This document shows, piece by piece, positions 42,648-51,905 of a DNA stretch of 64,000 nt. The notes below the pieces were generated by a model. That model was not told where the DNA came from. It did not search any database and saw only the letters and a program-made list of their open reading frames with translations. Within the stretch, counting starts at the first letter, position 1; every line of letters starts with the position of its first letter. Made by a program: the position numbers and the translations under genes. This stretch comes from Kiritimatiellia bacterium (GTDB lineage: Bacteria > Verrucomicrobiota > Kiritimatiellia > CAIQIC01 > Lenti-01): contig JAFTAH010000138.1 in NCBI GenBank assembly GCA_017458625.1, positions 1,877-65,876 of the forward strand, written 5' to 3'.

Positions 42648-43358
42648 ATGGAAGAAATGAAACGGAGCATGACACGCGGCAGATGGTGGGGGGCAGGGGT
42701 GGCAGCACTGTGTCTATGGCTGGCTGCCGCAGGCGGGGCGCAGGGGGGCGAGGCATTCGCCACGCTGGAGCCCAAGACGTCGCGGGAGGGGTATCTGGCG
42801 CGGCTGCTCATCAACGAGGTGCCGTTTCCGGGAGAGCGTGGCTTCGTAAGCGAGGAGGACACGCGAACGGCCATGCGGGAGGTGCTATGGGTGCTGCACG
42901 GCCGGACCAAGCTGGTCCCGGCGGGCTACAAGCAGGAGGAGGTCGGCGGAACGACGGGCACGAACGTGCTGGACTTCATCACGGCGCGACGACAGTGCGA
43001 GGGGTTCATGCGGGATGCGCAGGGCGGACTGGCCATGGAAGCGCGCGTGGAGGCCCGGGTGGAGTATCTGCTGAAGCTGGCGAACAGCGGCAGCAAGCCG
43101 GGGCGCTTCGCAAATCTGCTGAACTACGCGCAGGACCTGGCCAAGCGCTATTTTGCGGAGGGCATGACGGAAGCGGACGTGTTCGCGGAGCTAACGTCGA
43201 TTGGCGGGGTGCCGGTGACGGGACGTCCGTATTCGTGGATGGCGGGACAGGACATATATCATCCGGGCGGCAGCTTCGTGAGGATTCCAGACTCGCTGCG
43301 CGGACTGCTGGGAGGAAATCGGTTTTTCACCTTGCAAAGGAAGGATGGCACGCAATGA
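42648..43358 (+). CDS. Secreted hypothetical protein, possible SleB/Hydrolase_2-like cell-wall hydrolase
   Basis: Signal peptide; LARLLINE...AM..VLWVL.GR...V.D.IT...QC.GF...LGGNRFF. Confidence 0.55.
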   Translation: MEEMKRSMTRGRWWGAGVAALCLWLAAAGGAQGGEAFATLEPKTSREGYLARLLINEVPFPGERGFVSEEDTRTAMREVLWVLHGRTKLVPAGYKQEEVGGTTGTNVLDFITARRQCEGFMRDAQGGLAMEARVEARVEYLLKLANSGSKPGRFANLLNYAQDLAKRYFAEGMTEADVFAELTSIGGVPVTGRPYSWMAGQDIYHPGGSFVRIPDSLRGLLGGNRFFTLQRKDGTQ

Positions 43359-44371
43359 GCAGCGGGCGAATGGCAAGTGGGCAGGGGTGGGCAATGGTGC
43401 TGGCGACCAGCGCACTGTCACTGGTACTGTCGGCGGCGACATGGGGGGCGGAAGAGGCAGCGGCAGCGGCAGGACAGACGGCAGCAGAATCACCTGCGGC
43501 ACCCCTGACGGAAACACCATCCGCCGATGCGGCGGCGACGGAGTCGCTGAATCCGCCGGCGGCGGTGCTCGACCCAGAATATCTGGAAGACCTGGCGGTG
43601 TTCCTCTACTGGTGGTATCTGGACGAGGAGGACTTGGACTTGGGAGACCGGAAGGGGTTCGTGTTCCGGGTGCGGCGGCTCCGGCCCGAAGCCGACGAGG
43701 CGGACCATAGCGAATGGGCGGAGATTCGACTTCCGGCGTTCAAGCTGGGCGTGGTGGTGAAGCGCCCGGACTACGTCATCGAGGAGACGGGCGACGCCGT
43801 GAAGGGCAAGATGTTCCGCATCGTCAACCTGTTCCGGCTGGACGGGACGGAGGACGGAGAGCAGGAAACGGACGGCTGGCAACGCGTGGACTTGTCGCTG
43901 CCGGACATGCTGGAGGAGATTTACGCACGGTACGAGCATCGGCGGTTCCCGGACGCGGAACTGACGGAACGCCTGCATCGGGCGTGCCGCCGCGCCATGA
44001 ACCTCGACGTGAATGGTCGCGAGGCGGGCGACCAGGTGATGCACATCGCCCCGCTGTCGGACGTGGCGAACGAGGCGTGGGTGTACCTGGAGAACCAGTG
44101 CCTGCTCTTGCAGTTCACGACGGACCGCGACATCGAGGAGCCGGGCGGCGATCCTGACGGGGCGGACATGCGCGTCCGGGGCTACAACCTGCTAGAGGAC
44201 ACCATCACGACGCCGGAAGAGATCCCGGGCACCACGCAGTACATGACGATGGACCAGGCCGGGCGCGCGCTCTACAACTGCCTGGTGCTGGGCAAGCGGC
44301 TGATTGTGCTCAATCCCGAGGATGCGCAGGAAACGCCCATCGTGAAGGAATTCGTGGTGGGGCGGCAGTAG
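43355..44371 (+). CDS. Secreted hypothetical protein
   Basis: ATGA overlap with upstream gene; signal peptide; acidic; no recognised motif. Confidence 0.7.
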   Translation: MSSGRMASGQGWAMVLATSALSLVLSAATWGAEEAAAAAGQTAAESPAAPLTETPSADAAATESLNPPAAVLDPEYLEDLAVFLYWWYLDEEDLDLGDRKGFVFRVRRLRPEADEADHSEWAEIRLPAFKLGVVVKRPDYVIEETGDAVKGKMFRIVNLFRLDGTEDGEQETDGWQRVDLSLPDMLEEIYARYEHRRFPDAELTERLHRACRRAMNLDVNGREAGDQVMHIAPLSDVANEAWVYLENQCLLLQFTTDRDIEEPGGDPDGADMRVRGYNLLEDTITTPEEIPGTTQYMTMDQAGRALYNCLVLGKRLIVLNPEDAQETPIVKEFVVGRQ

Positions 44372-44486
44372 CCGGCGAAGGGGGCGGCGAGCAAACCGGG
44401 GCCTCTTCGATTGCAGCCGAATAGTGCTTGCAAGCGATTCATGCGGCACCGCACGCGTCCTCCCGCCCCGTCAGGACACAAAAAAA

Positions 44487-44564
44487 TGGGGTGAAAGACG
44501 GGATTTGAACCCGCAACGACTTGAACCACAATCAAGTGCTCTACCAAGTTGAGCTACTTTCACC
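44487..44564 (-). tRNA. tRNA-His (GUG)
   Basis: Minus strand G-GTGAAAG...CTTGA-TT-GTG-GT-TCAAG...GGTTCAAATCC...CTTTCAC-C-CCA; G-1:C73 histidine identity; encoded CCA. Confidence 0.96.
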
Positions 44565-44588
44565 ACCAGCAACGGCAAACTTGCGGCC

Positions 44589-44616
44589 ATTATGCACACT
44601 CGCCTCCCGATTGCAA
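44589..44616 (-). promoter_or_regulatory. Probable tRNA promoter
   Basis: Minus strand TTGCAA-16-CATAAT followed by GC-rich discriminator. Confidence 0.55.
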
Positions 44617-44692
44617 CCCTTTGCGCAAAAAAAAATTTGCCGGCGAGGCGAGGGGTGCACGTGCGGAGCGGGGCATCGGCGGGAAATCGGCG

Positions 44693-44721
44693 TTGAAATG
44701 GGGGCGGCCGGGGGGTATAGT
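44693..44721 (+). promoter_or_regulatory. Probable leuS promoter
   Basis: TTGAAA-17-TATAGT. Confidence 0.55.
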
Positions 44722-44755
44722 GGCCGCGTTTTTCCAACAAAACAAGAGGTGTACG

Positions 44756-47359
44756 ATGGCGTATCCGCATGGTGAGATCGAGGCCAAATGGCAGCAGTAC
44801 TGGGACGAGCACCAGACGTTCAGGACCCCTGAGCGGCCCACGCCCGGCAAGCCCAAGAAGTACATCCTCGACATGTTCCCCTATCCCAGCGGCCAGGGGC
44901 TCCACGTCGGCCATCCGGAAGGCTACACCGCCACCGACATCCAGGCCCGCTACTGGCGCACCCGCGGCGTCGAGGTCCTCCACCCCATGGGCTGGGACGC
45001 GTTCGGCCTCCCCGCCGAGCAGTTCGCCATCAAGACCGGCGGCCACCCGCGCACCTTCACCCACAAGAACATCGACACCTTCCGCCGCCAGCTCAAGATG
45101 CTCGGCTTCTCCTACGACTGGGCCCGCGAGTTCGCCACCACCGACGAGAACTATGTGCGCTGGACGCAGTGGATCTTCCTCCAGCTCTTCAAGAAGGGCC
45201 TCGCCTACGAGACCGAGCTCCCCGTCAACTGGAGCCCCGACATGTGCGCCGTGCTCGCCAACGAGGAGGTCGAGGAGTGGCGCGCCAAGGGCTTCACCGT
45301 CGAGCGCCGCATGATGCGCCAGTGGGTGCTCAAGATCACCGCCTACGCCGAACGCCTGCTCGCCGACCTCGATACGCTCGACTGGCCCGAGAGCATCAAG
45401 GAGATGCAGCGCAACTGGATCGGCCGCAGCGAAGGCGCGGAGGTCGACTTCGCCATCGGCGAGGACAAGGTCACCGTCTTCACCACCCGCCCCGACACCC
45501 TCTTCGGCGCCACCTACATGGTCCTCGCCCCGGAGCATCCCCTCGTCGACAAGATCGTCACCCCCGAACAGCGCCCCGCCGTCGAGGCCTACCGCGCCGC
45601 CGCCGCCCGCAAGTCCGACCTCGAGCGCACCGACCTCGTCAAGGACAAGACCGGCGTCTTCACCGGCGCCTACGCCACCAATCCCGTCAACGGCACGCAA
45701 ATCCCCGTCTGGGTCGCCGACTACGTGCTCTGGGGCTACGGCACCGGCGCCATCATGGCCGTCCCCGCCCACGACGACCGAGACTACGCCTTCGCCAAGA
45801 AGTTCGACCTCCCCATCATCCAAGTCGTCGGGGGCGGCGACATCTCCCAGACCGCCTGGACCGGCGACGGCCCCCTCGTCAACTCCGCCAACGCCGAGAT
45901 TTCCCTCAACGGCCTCGCCGTCGCCGACAGCAAGCGCGCCATCACCGAATGGCTCGAGTCGAAGTGCCTCGGCCACAAGCAGGTCAACTACAAGCTCCGC
46001 GACTGGCTCTTCAGCCGCCAGCGCTACTGGGGCGAGCCCTTCCCCCTTATCCATTGCCCCCACTGCGGCGTCGTGCCCGTCCCCGAGGACCAGCTCCCCG
46101 TCCGCCTGCCCGCCATGGAGGACTATCGCCCCACCCCCGACGGCAAGCCTCCGCTGGCGCGCGCCGGCGACTGGGTGAACACCACCTGCCCCGTCTGCGG
46201 CGCCCCCGCCACCCGCGAAACCAACACCATGCCCCAGTGGGCCGGCTCCTGCTGGTACTACCTGCGCTACATCGATCCGCATAACGGCACCGCCCTCGTC
46301 GACCCCGACCTCGAGCGCTACTGGATGCCCGTCGACCTCTACGTCGGCGGCGCCGAGCACGCCGTCCTCCACCTTCTCTACGCCCGCTTCTGGCACAAGG
46401 TCCTCTTCGACATCGGCGCCGTCCACACCGCGGAGCCCTTCCACAAGCTCGTCAACCAGGGCATGATCCTCGGCGAGCTCGAGTACACCCTCTTCCGCGA
46501 CCCCGACTCCGCCGAGCCCGTCTCCTACCTCTCCGACCGCTGGCAGGCCCGCCCCGCCGACGAATGGAAGACCGAGCGGCTCCCCGAAACCGACGTCGAA
46601 AAGCGCGGCGACCGCTTCGTCTGGCGCTCCCATCCCGAAGTCGTCCTCCGCGCCAAGGCCGAGAAGATGTCCAAGTCCCGCGGCAACGTCATCAACCCCG
46701 ACGACATCGTCCGCGAGCACGGCGCCGATGCCCTCCGCCTCTACGAAATGTTCATGGGCCCCCTCACCCAGGTCAAGCCCTGGAGCATGAAGGGCGTCGA
46801 AGGCGTCTCCCGCTTCCTCAACCGCGTCTACCGCCTCGTCGTTGACGACGAGACCGGCGAACTCTCCCCCGCCCTCGCCGACGCCGCCCCCACCGACGCC
46901 CAGCTCCGCGCCCTCCACGCCGTCGTCAAGAAGGTCACCACCGGCATCGAGAAGATGGAGTACAACACCGCCATCTCCGCCATGATGATCTTCCTCAACG
47001 ACGCCACCGCCTGGGAGCAGCGCCCCCGCGCCGTCCTTGCCCCCTTCGTGCAGATTCTCGCGCCCTTCGCCCCGCACATCGCCGAAGAACTCTGGTCCCG
47101 CCTCGGCCATTCCGACTCCCTCGCCTACGAGCCCTGGCCCACCTGGGACGAGGAAGTGCTGAAGGAGAAGGAGCTCGAGCTGCCCGTCCAGGTCAACGGC
47201 AAGCTCCGCGGCCGCATCACGGTTCCCGCCGACGCCGCCCAGCCCGACATCCTGGCCGCCGCCAAGGCCTGCCCCACCGTCGTCCCCTTCCTCGCCGGCA
47301 AGACCATCCGCAAGGAAATCGTCGTCCCCGCCCGCATGGTCAACCTCGTCGTCGGCTAG
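44756..47359 (+). CDS. leuS: Leucine--tRNA ligase
   Basis: [49 protein letters not shown]. Confidence 0.98.
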   Translation: MAYPHGEIEAKWQQYWDEHQTFRTPERPTPGKPKKYILDMFPYPSGQGLHVGHPEGYTATDIQARYWRTRGVEVLHPMGWDAFGLPAEQFAIKTGGHPRTFTHKNIDTFRRQLKMLGFSYDWAREFATTDENYVRWTQWIFLQLFKKGLAYETELPVNWSPDMCAVLANEEVEEWRAKGFTVERRMMRQWVLKITAYAERLLADLDTLDWPESIKEMQRNWIGRSEGAEVDFAIGEDKVTVFTTRPDTLFGATYMVLAPEHPLVDKIVTPEQRPAVEAYRAAAARKSDLERTDLVKDKTGVFTGAYATNPVNGTQIPVWVADYVLWGYGTGAIMAVPAHDDRDYAFAKKFDLPIIQVVGGGDISQTAWTGDGPLVNSANAEISLNGLAVADSKRAITEWLESKCLGHKQVNYKLRDWLFSRQRYWGEPFPLIHCPHCGVVPVPEDQLPVRLPAMEDYRPTPDGKPPLARAGDWVNTTCPVCGAPATRETNTMPQWAGSCWYYLRYIDPHNGTALVDPDLERYWMPVDLYVGGAEHAVLHLLYARFWHKVLFDIGAVHTAEPFHKLVNQGMILGELEYTLFRDPDSAEPVSYLSDRWQARPADEWKTERLPETDVEKRGDRFVWRSHPEVVLRAKAEKMSKSRGNVINPDDIVREHGADALRLYEMFMGPLTQVKPWSMKGVEGVSRFLNRVYRLVVDDETGELSPALADAAPTDAQLRALHAVVKKVTTGIEKMEYNTAISAMMIFLNDATAWEQRPRAVLAPFVQILAPFAPHIAEELWSRLGHSDSLAYEPWPTWDEEVLKEKELELPVQVNGKLRGRITVPADAAQPDILAAAKACPTVVPFLAGKTIRKEIVVPARMVNLVVG

Positions 47360-47569
47360 CGCCTCCGCCCGCCTCTGCCTTCGCCAGTTGAGGCAACGGC
47401 AAGACGCCGTTGCCCCTTCTTTGGTGTCGTCCCGCGCGACCTTTGGAGCCGTCCCGCGCGACCGCTCTTCCCTTCGGCTGCAATCGCTTGCACTCGACGG
47501 CATTCGTCTGCCCTCGCCCCCCCCCCCTGTCGCCCGCTCTCTCCCCCAACAATCCGCCGCCCAATTGCC

Positions 47570-47585
47570 GTGATTTTACGTCAAA
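47570..47585 (+). repeat. Polar intergenic motif copy
   Basis: GTGATTTTACGTCAAACATTGGCGTTTTTGCGCATTTT. Confidence 0.9.
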
Positions 47586-47781
47586 CATTGGCGTTTTTGC
47601 GCATTTTGCCTCTTCCAGGCGGGCAAGCCCCCTCTCCCGCCCGCCTCGTCCCCTTTCGCCCTGCTTGTCCCCAATGGCCCCTTCCTCTCCACCTTTTGCC
47701 ACTTTTTCCAAAAAAACGTTTTACACGGAAAAAACAGGCGACTATAGTCCCCCTTGTTCACCCCAACGAGGAGACTTCACC

Positions 47782-49317
47782 ATGACTTTTGAACGCGCTT
47801 CCGGCATCCTGCTACACCCCACCTCCCTGCCCAGCCCCTACGGCATCGGCGATCTCGGCCCGGAAGCGGTCAAGTTCCTCGACTTCCTGCAAGAGGCCGG
47901 CCAGCGCCTCTGGCAGATCCTTCCCCTCGGCCCCACCTCCTACGGCGACTCCCCCTACCAGTCCCCCTCCACCTTCGCCGGCAACCCCCTCTGGCTGTCC
48001 CCCGACCTCCTCCATGCGGAAGGCCTCCTCTCCGATGCCGACCTCGACGCCTATCCCGCCTTTCCCGCCGACCACGTCGACTTCGGTCCCGTAATTCTCG
48101 CCAAGTCCGCCCTCCTCAAGGCCGCCTGCGAACGCTTCCGTGCCAAGCTGGACACCGATCCCGAGCTCTCCGCCGCCTTCGCCGCCTTCTGCCGCAACAA
48201 CGCCGCCTGGCTGGACGACTACGCCCTCTTCGCCGCCCTCAAGGACGAGCACAACGGCACCCCCTGGACCACCTGGGAGCCTGAACTCGCCACCCGCGAC
48301 CCCGCCGCCCTCGACCTCGCCCGTGCCCGCCTCGCCGTCCCCGTCCAGGACGTCCAGATCCAGCAGTTCCTCTTCGACCGCCAATGGCGCGCCATCCGCG
48401 AGGCCGCCGCCGCCCGCTCCATCCAGCTCATCGGCGACATCCCCATCTTCGTCGCCCACGACTCCGCCGACGTCTGGGCTAATCCCTCCCTCTTCTTCCT
48501 CAATCCCGACGGCTCTCCCGCCGTGGTCGCCGGCGTGCCCCCGGACTACTTCTCCGCCACTGGCCAGCTCTGGGGCAATCCCCTCTACAACTGGCCGGTT
48601 CACCGGGAGTCCGGCTACGACTGGTGGATTCGCCGCCTCCGCCGCGTCTTCTCCCTCGTCGACATCGTCCGCATCGACCACTTCCGCGGCTTCGAGGCCT
48701 ACTGGGAGATTCCGGGCGGCGAGACCACGGCCATCAACGGCCGCTGGGTCAAGGGCCCCGACGCGCCCTTCTTCGACGCCCTCCGCGACGCCCTCGGCGA
48801 CCTCCCCATCATCGCCGAGGACCTCGGCCTCATCACCCCGGAAGTCGTCGCCCTCCGCGACCACTGCGACTTCCCCGGCATGCGCATCCTCCAGTTCGCC
48901 TTCGGCAACGACGACCGTGCCGCCGAATTCCGTCCCGAGTCCTATCCCGCCAACTGCGTCGTCTACACCGGCACCCATGACAACGACACCACCGTCGGCT
49001 GGTTCCATTCCCAGGCCGGCGAAGGCTCCACCCGCTCCCAGGCCGACATCGACGCCGAACGCCGCATGATCCTGGCCTACCTCGGCACCTCCGGCGAGCA
49101 CATCGCCTGGGACCTCATCGAGCTCGGCGCCCGTTCCAACGCCAACACCTTCGTCGTCCCCCTCCAGGACGTCCTCGAACTGGGTTCCGAGGCCCGCATG
49201 AACACCCCCGGCAAGGCCGCCGGCAACTGGCAGTGGCGCTTCGCCTGGAACCAGCTCTCCGACACCGCCGTCGCCCATCTCGCCCACATCACCCGCGCCA
49301 CCGGCCGCCTCAAGTAG
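47782..49317 (+). CDS. malQ: 4-alpha-glucanotransferase (amylomaltase, GH77)
   Basis: RASGILLHPTSLP, WQILPLGP, GVPPDYFS.TGQLWGNP, RIDHFRG, IAEDLG, YTGTHDNDT. Confidence 0.97.
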   Translation: MTFERASGILLHPTSLPSPYGIGDLGPEAVKFLDFLQEAGQRLWQILPLGPTSYGDSPYQSPSTFAGNPLWLSPDLLHAEGLLSDADLDAYPAFPADHVDFGPVILAKSALLKAACERFRAKLDTDPELSAAFAAFCRNNAAWLDDYALFAALKDEHNGTPWTTWEPELATRDPAALDLARARLAVPVQDVQIQQFLFDRQWRAIREAAAARSIQLIGDIPIFVAHDSADVWANPSLFFLNPDGSPAVVAGVPPDYFSATGQLWGNPLYNWPVHRESGYDWWIRRLRRVFSLVDIVRIDHFRGFEAYWEIPGGETTAINGRWVKGPDAPFFDALRDALGDLPIIAEDLGLITPEVVALRDHCDFPGMRILQFAFGNDDRAAEFRPESYPANCVVYTGTHDNDTTVGWFHSQAGEGSTRSQADIDAERRMILAYLGTSGEHIAWDLIELGARSNANTFVVPLQDVLELGSEARMNTPGKAAGNWQWRFAWNQLSDTAVAHLAHITRATGRLK

Positions 49318-49363
49318 CCCCGGTGCCGGGCCCGGCCAAACCCGCTCGCCCCCACCAAGAATC

Positions 49364-49399
49364 CTAGAATTCTAGAATCCTAGTTTTCTAGCATTCCAG
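49364..49399. repeat. CTAG array, 8-bp period
   Basis: CTAG at 49364, 49372, 49380 and 49388 between convergent genes. Confidence 0.85.
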
Positions 49400-49420
49400 T
49401 GCTTTCCCCCGCCCCGCGCT

Positions 49421-51619
49421 TCACAGCTCGGGCACGCTCCGGAGCTCTGCCGCCGACATCACCTCCACGCATGGCGGCGCGTGCGGACGGCAGAACAGGC
49501 CATGGATGGCATCCGGCCCCTCCAGCTCCAGCACCGACTGGAGCAGACGCACCATCGCCTTCGTGATGCGCACGCCCGGAATCATGATCGGAATCCCCGG
49601 CGGATACGGCACCACGAACTGCGTCGCCACGCAGCCCGCCGCCTCCGTCAACGGCACCATCTCGCCATAGGCGAGCGCGGCGTCCCGGGGCAGATAGCTC
49701 GGTTGCGCCGCCACCGCCGCCGACACCACCGTTCCGCTCCCCGCCGCCTCCGGCCGCCCGATCAGCTGCCGGTTCGCCCGGCACACCCGGAACAGATACT
49801 CGAAATGGTCCTCCACCGTTCCCGTCGTCGCCAGGAACAGCAACGTGTTGCTCGATGCCTTCTCCCACTGGATGTGCGCCTTCAGCAGCGCCTTCTTCAT
49901 CCGTGCGCACGCCGCCGGGCTGCGCAGCATCAGCACCAGCTTCAGCGGATCCTTCAGATAGCCGTCCGCCTCCCAGTCCGCCCCGGAGCCCGCAATGTCG
50001 CCCAAGGTCGCGAAGCATTCCGTCTCCGGCCGTCCGCACACCTCCGCCACCCGCGTCCGGAAGTCCGCCGCCCACTGCAGCCGCTCGTCCAGCAGCTTCA
50101 GCCCCTCCAGCCGCATCTGCACCCCGGCCGTGTCGAGCGTCGCCAGAAACGGATAATGCGGGGACGTCGAATGCCAATACCGCAGCACTTCGTGGAAATC
50201 GTGCGAGAACTTCTCGTAGGAGCCCCGCCCCCGCACCGCGAACCGCCGCCGCAGCCACCGGAACGGCGCCTGCCCGTCCTCCTCCAGCAGCGCCTTGAAC
50301 CGCGTCGACACGTGGATCATCGACGCCTGCGAGAACGCCGACAGCACCTTGTGCGTCGACTGCACCGAGAAATGCGCCCCGCACGTCTCGTTCACCGCCG
50401 AATACCGGAACGCCCGGGGACGTCCCGACGGATCATCCAGGTCCAGGAACGTGTAGAACGGGTGGAAGTTCAGATACGCCGCCCACGCCTCGTCCGCGTA
50501 GAACAGCACCCCCGCCGCCTCGCACAGCCGCGCCACGTCCCACACCGGATACAGCACCCCCTCGTACGTGCACGTCGTCAGGATCAGCAGCCGTGGCCGC
50601 CTGGCGTCGCCTTCCGGGATGGCCGCCGCCCGCGCCAGCTCCGCCTTGATGTCCGGCAGCGACGTCGGCCCCCAGATGCCCAGCCGCGCATTGTACCGCG
50701 CCGGCAAATATCGCGGCACCGCCCCCGCCATCACGATCGCGTGATGCACCGACTGGTGGCAGTTCCGGTCCACCAGCACCGTCTCCCCCGGCCGCAGCAG
50801 CGTCATCAGCATCGCCTTGTTCGACGTGCTCGTCCCGTTGGTCACATAGCAGGACTGGGCCGTGCAGAAGATTTCCGACGTCAGCCGCTCCGCCTCCGAC
50901 AGCGGCGTGTGCGCGTCTGGCACGCCCAGGTCCCCCAGCGACTCCACCGACACCGACAGGTCCGTCCGGAAGATTTCCGGCCCGTACTCCTCGTGAAACC
51001 CGTGCAAAAACGGCGATGTCTCGAACGCCCGCCCCCCGTTATGCCCTGGCGTGTGCCACGACGACCCGGCCCGCACCTTCACGTACTGCCGCAGCGCCGT
51101 CGCGAACGGCGGCGTCCAGAACGACTTGAACATCCGCACCAGCCGCTCGTGATACCGTCCCGGCTGCGCCAGCACCTCGTACGGCTTCTTGGACCACCGC
51201 CGTTGCGGCAGCGGCTTGGCCAGCGCCTCTCCGCGCCGCGTCACCACCACCTTCGGGATCGCGGGAAAGTACAGCCGCAGCCAGTCCCGCAGCGCCAGCC
51301 GGTCGATGGTCGTCACCTCCAGCAGCCCCGCGTCGATCAGGAACAGCCCGCAGCCCCGGCCGTCCGCCGTCAGCACCGTCCGTTCCGGCGGCGCGTCGTC
51401 CGCCCGCAGCGGTTCCTCGAACAGATGCATCGCGAGGTCCTCTCCGCTCGTCACCATGCACAGCCGCAGCACCGGATAGTCCAGGGGCGCCCGCGTATTG
51501 AACGTCTCCCCGCAGAACTCCCGGAACGCGTCCGCCAGCCCCGCCTCCATCACCGGCAACGTCTTCCCGTCCCGCCGCGTCGCCTTGTGCAAATAGAAAA
51601 CCGTCAACGATCTGATCAT
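49421..51619 (-). CDS. Orn/Lys/Arg decarboxylase (PLP fold type I)
   Basis: WHTPGHNGG, VTNGTSTSNK, VDRNCHQS, DEAW, QSTHK, STSPHY, PYPPGIP. Confidence 0.92.
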   Translation of the reverse strand: MIRSLTVFYLHKATRRDGKTLPVMEAGLADAFREFCGETFNTRAPLDYPVLRLCMVTSGEDLAMHLFEEPLRADDAPPERTVLTADGRGCGLFLIDAGLLEVTTIDRLALRDWLRLYFPAIPKVVVTRRGEALAKPLPQRRWSKKPYEVLAQPGRYHERLVRMFKSFWTPPFATALRQYVKVRAGSSWHTPGHNGGRAFETSPFLHGFHEEYGPEIFRTDLSVSVESLGDLGVPDAHTPLSEAERLTSEIFCTAQSCYVTNGTSTSNKAMLMTLLRPGETVLVDRNCHQSVHHAIVMAGAVPRYLPARYNARLGIWGPTSLPDIKAELARAAAIPEGDARRPRLLILTTCTYEGVLYPVWDVARLCEAAGVLFYADEAWAAYLNFHPFYTFLDLDDPSGRPRAFRYSAVNETCGAHFSVQSTHKVLSAFSQASMIHVSTRFKALLEEDGQAPFRWLRRRFAVRGRGSYEKFSHDFHEVLRYWHSTSPHYPFLATLDTAGVQMRLEGLKLLDERLQWAADFRTRVAEVCGRPETECFATLGDIAGSGADWEADGYLKDPLKLVLMLRSPAACARMKKALLKAHIQWEKASSNTLLFLATTGTVEDHFEYLFRVCRANRQLIGRPEAAGSGTVVSAAVAAQPSYLPRDAALAYGEMVPLTEAAGCVATQFVVPYPPGIPIMIPGVRITKAMVRLLQSVLELEGPDAIHGLFCRPHAPPCVEVMSAAELRSVPEL

Positions 51620-51704
51620 GGCACCCCCAGCATACCCCCCTCCCCTCCCCCGCGCAAGCTCTCCCGCCGCCCTGTCCCCCCGGAAAGGACGCGCCCAGAT
51701 TGCC

Positions 51705-51720
51705 GTGATTTCACCCGCAA
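51705..51720 (+). repeat. Polar motif copy, degenerate
   Basis: CCAGATTGCC-GTGATTTCACCCGCAA. Confidence 0.55.
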
Positions 51721-51905
51721 CTCCCCTCGTTGGGCCATTTATGACTTCCCCCTCCTCCTCGTCCCTGGTCGCCCCCCGGTCGTCCCCTGGTTTCCATGCG
51801 CACCGTGTTGCCGATTTTTGCCGCTTGCCCTCTCCCCCTTCCCTCCGCTATATTTCCTTGGCATTTCATCCCACGTTTCGTCCCCTTCTTCTCCCGGAGC
51901 CCCCC

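Noticed and set aside
47391-47420. Structured ncRNA or riboswitch after leuS
   Set aside because: Only one GGCAACGGC/GCCGTTGCC hairpin, best explained as a terminator or REP-like hairpin; no recognisable RNA family motifs
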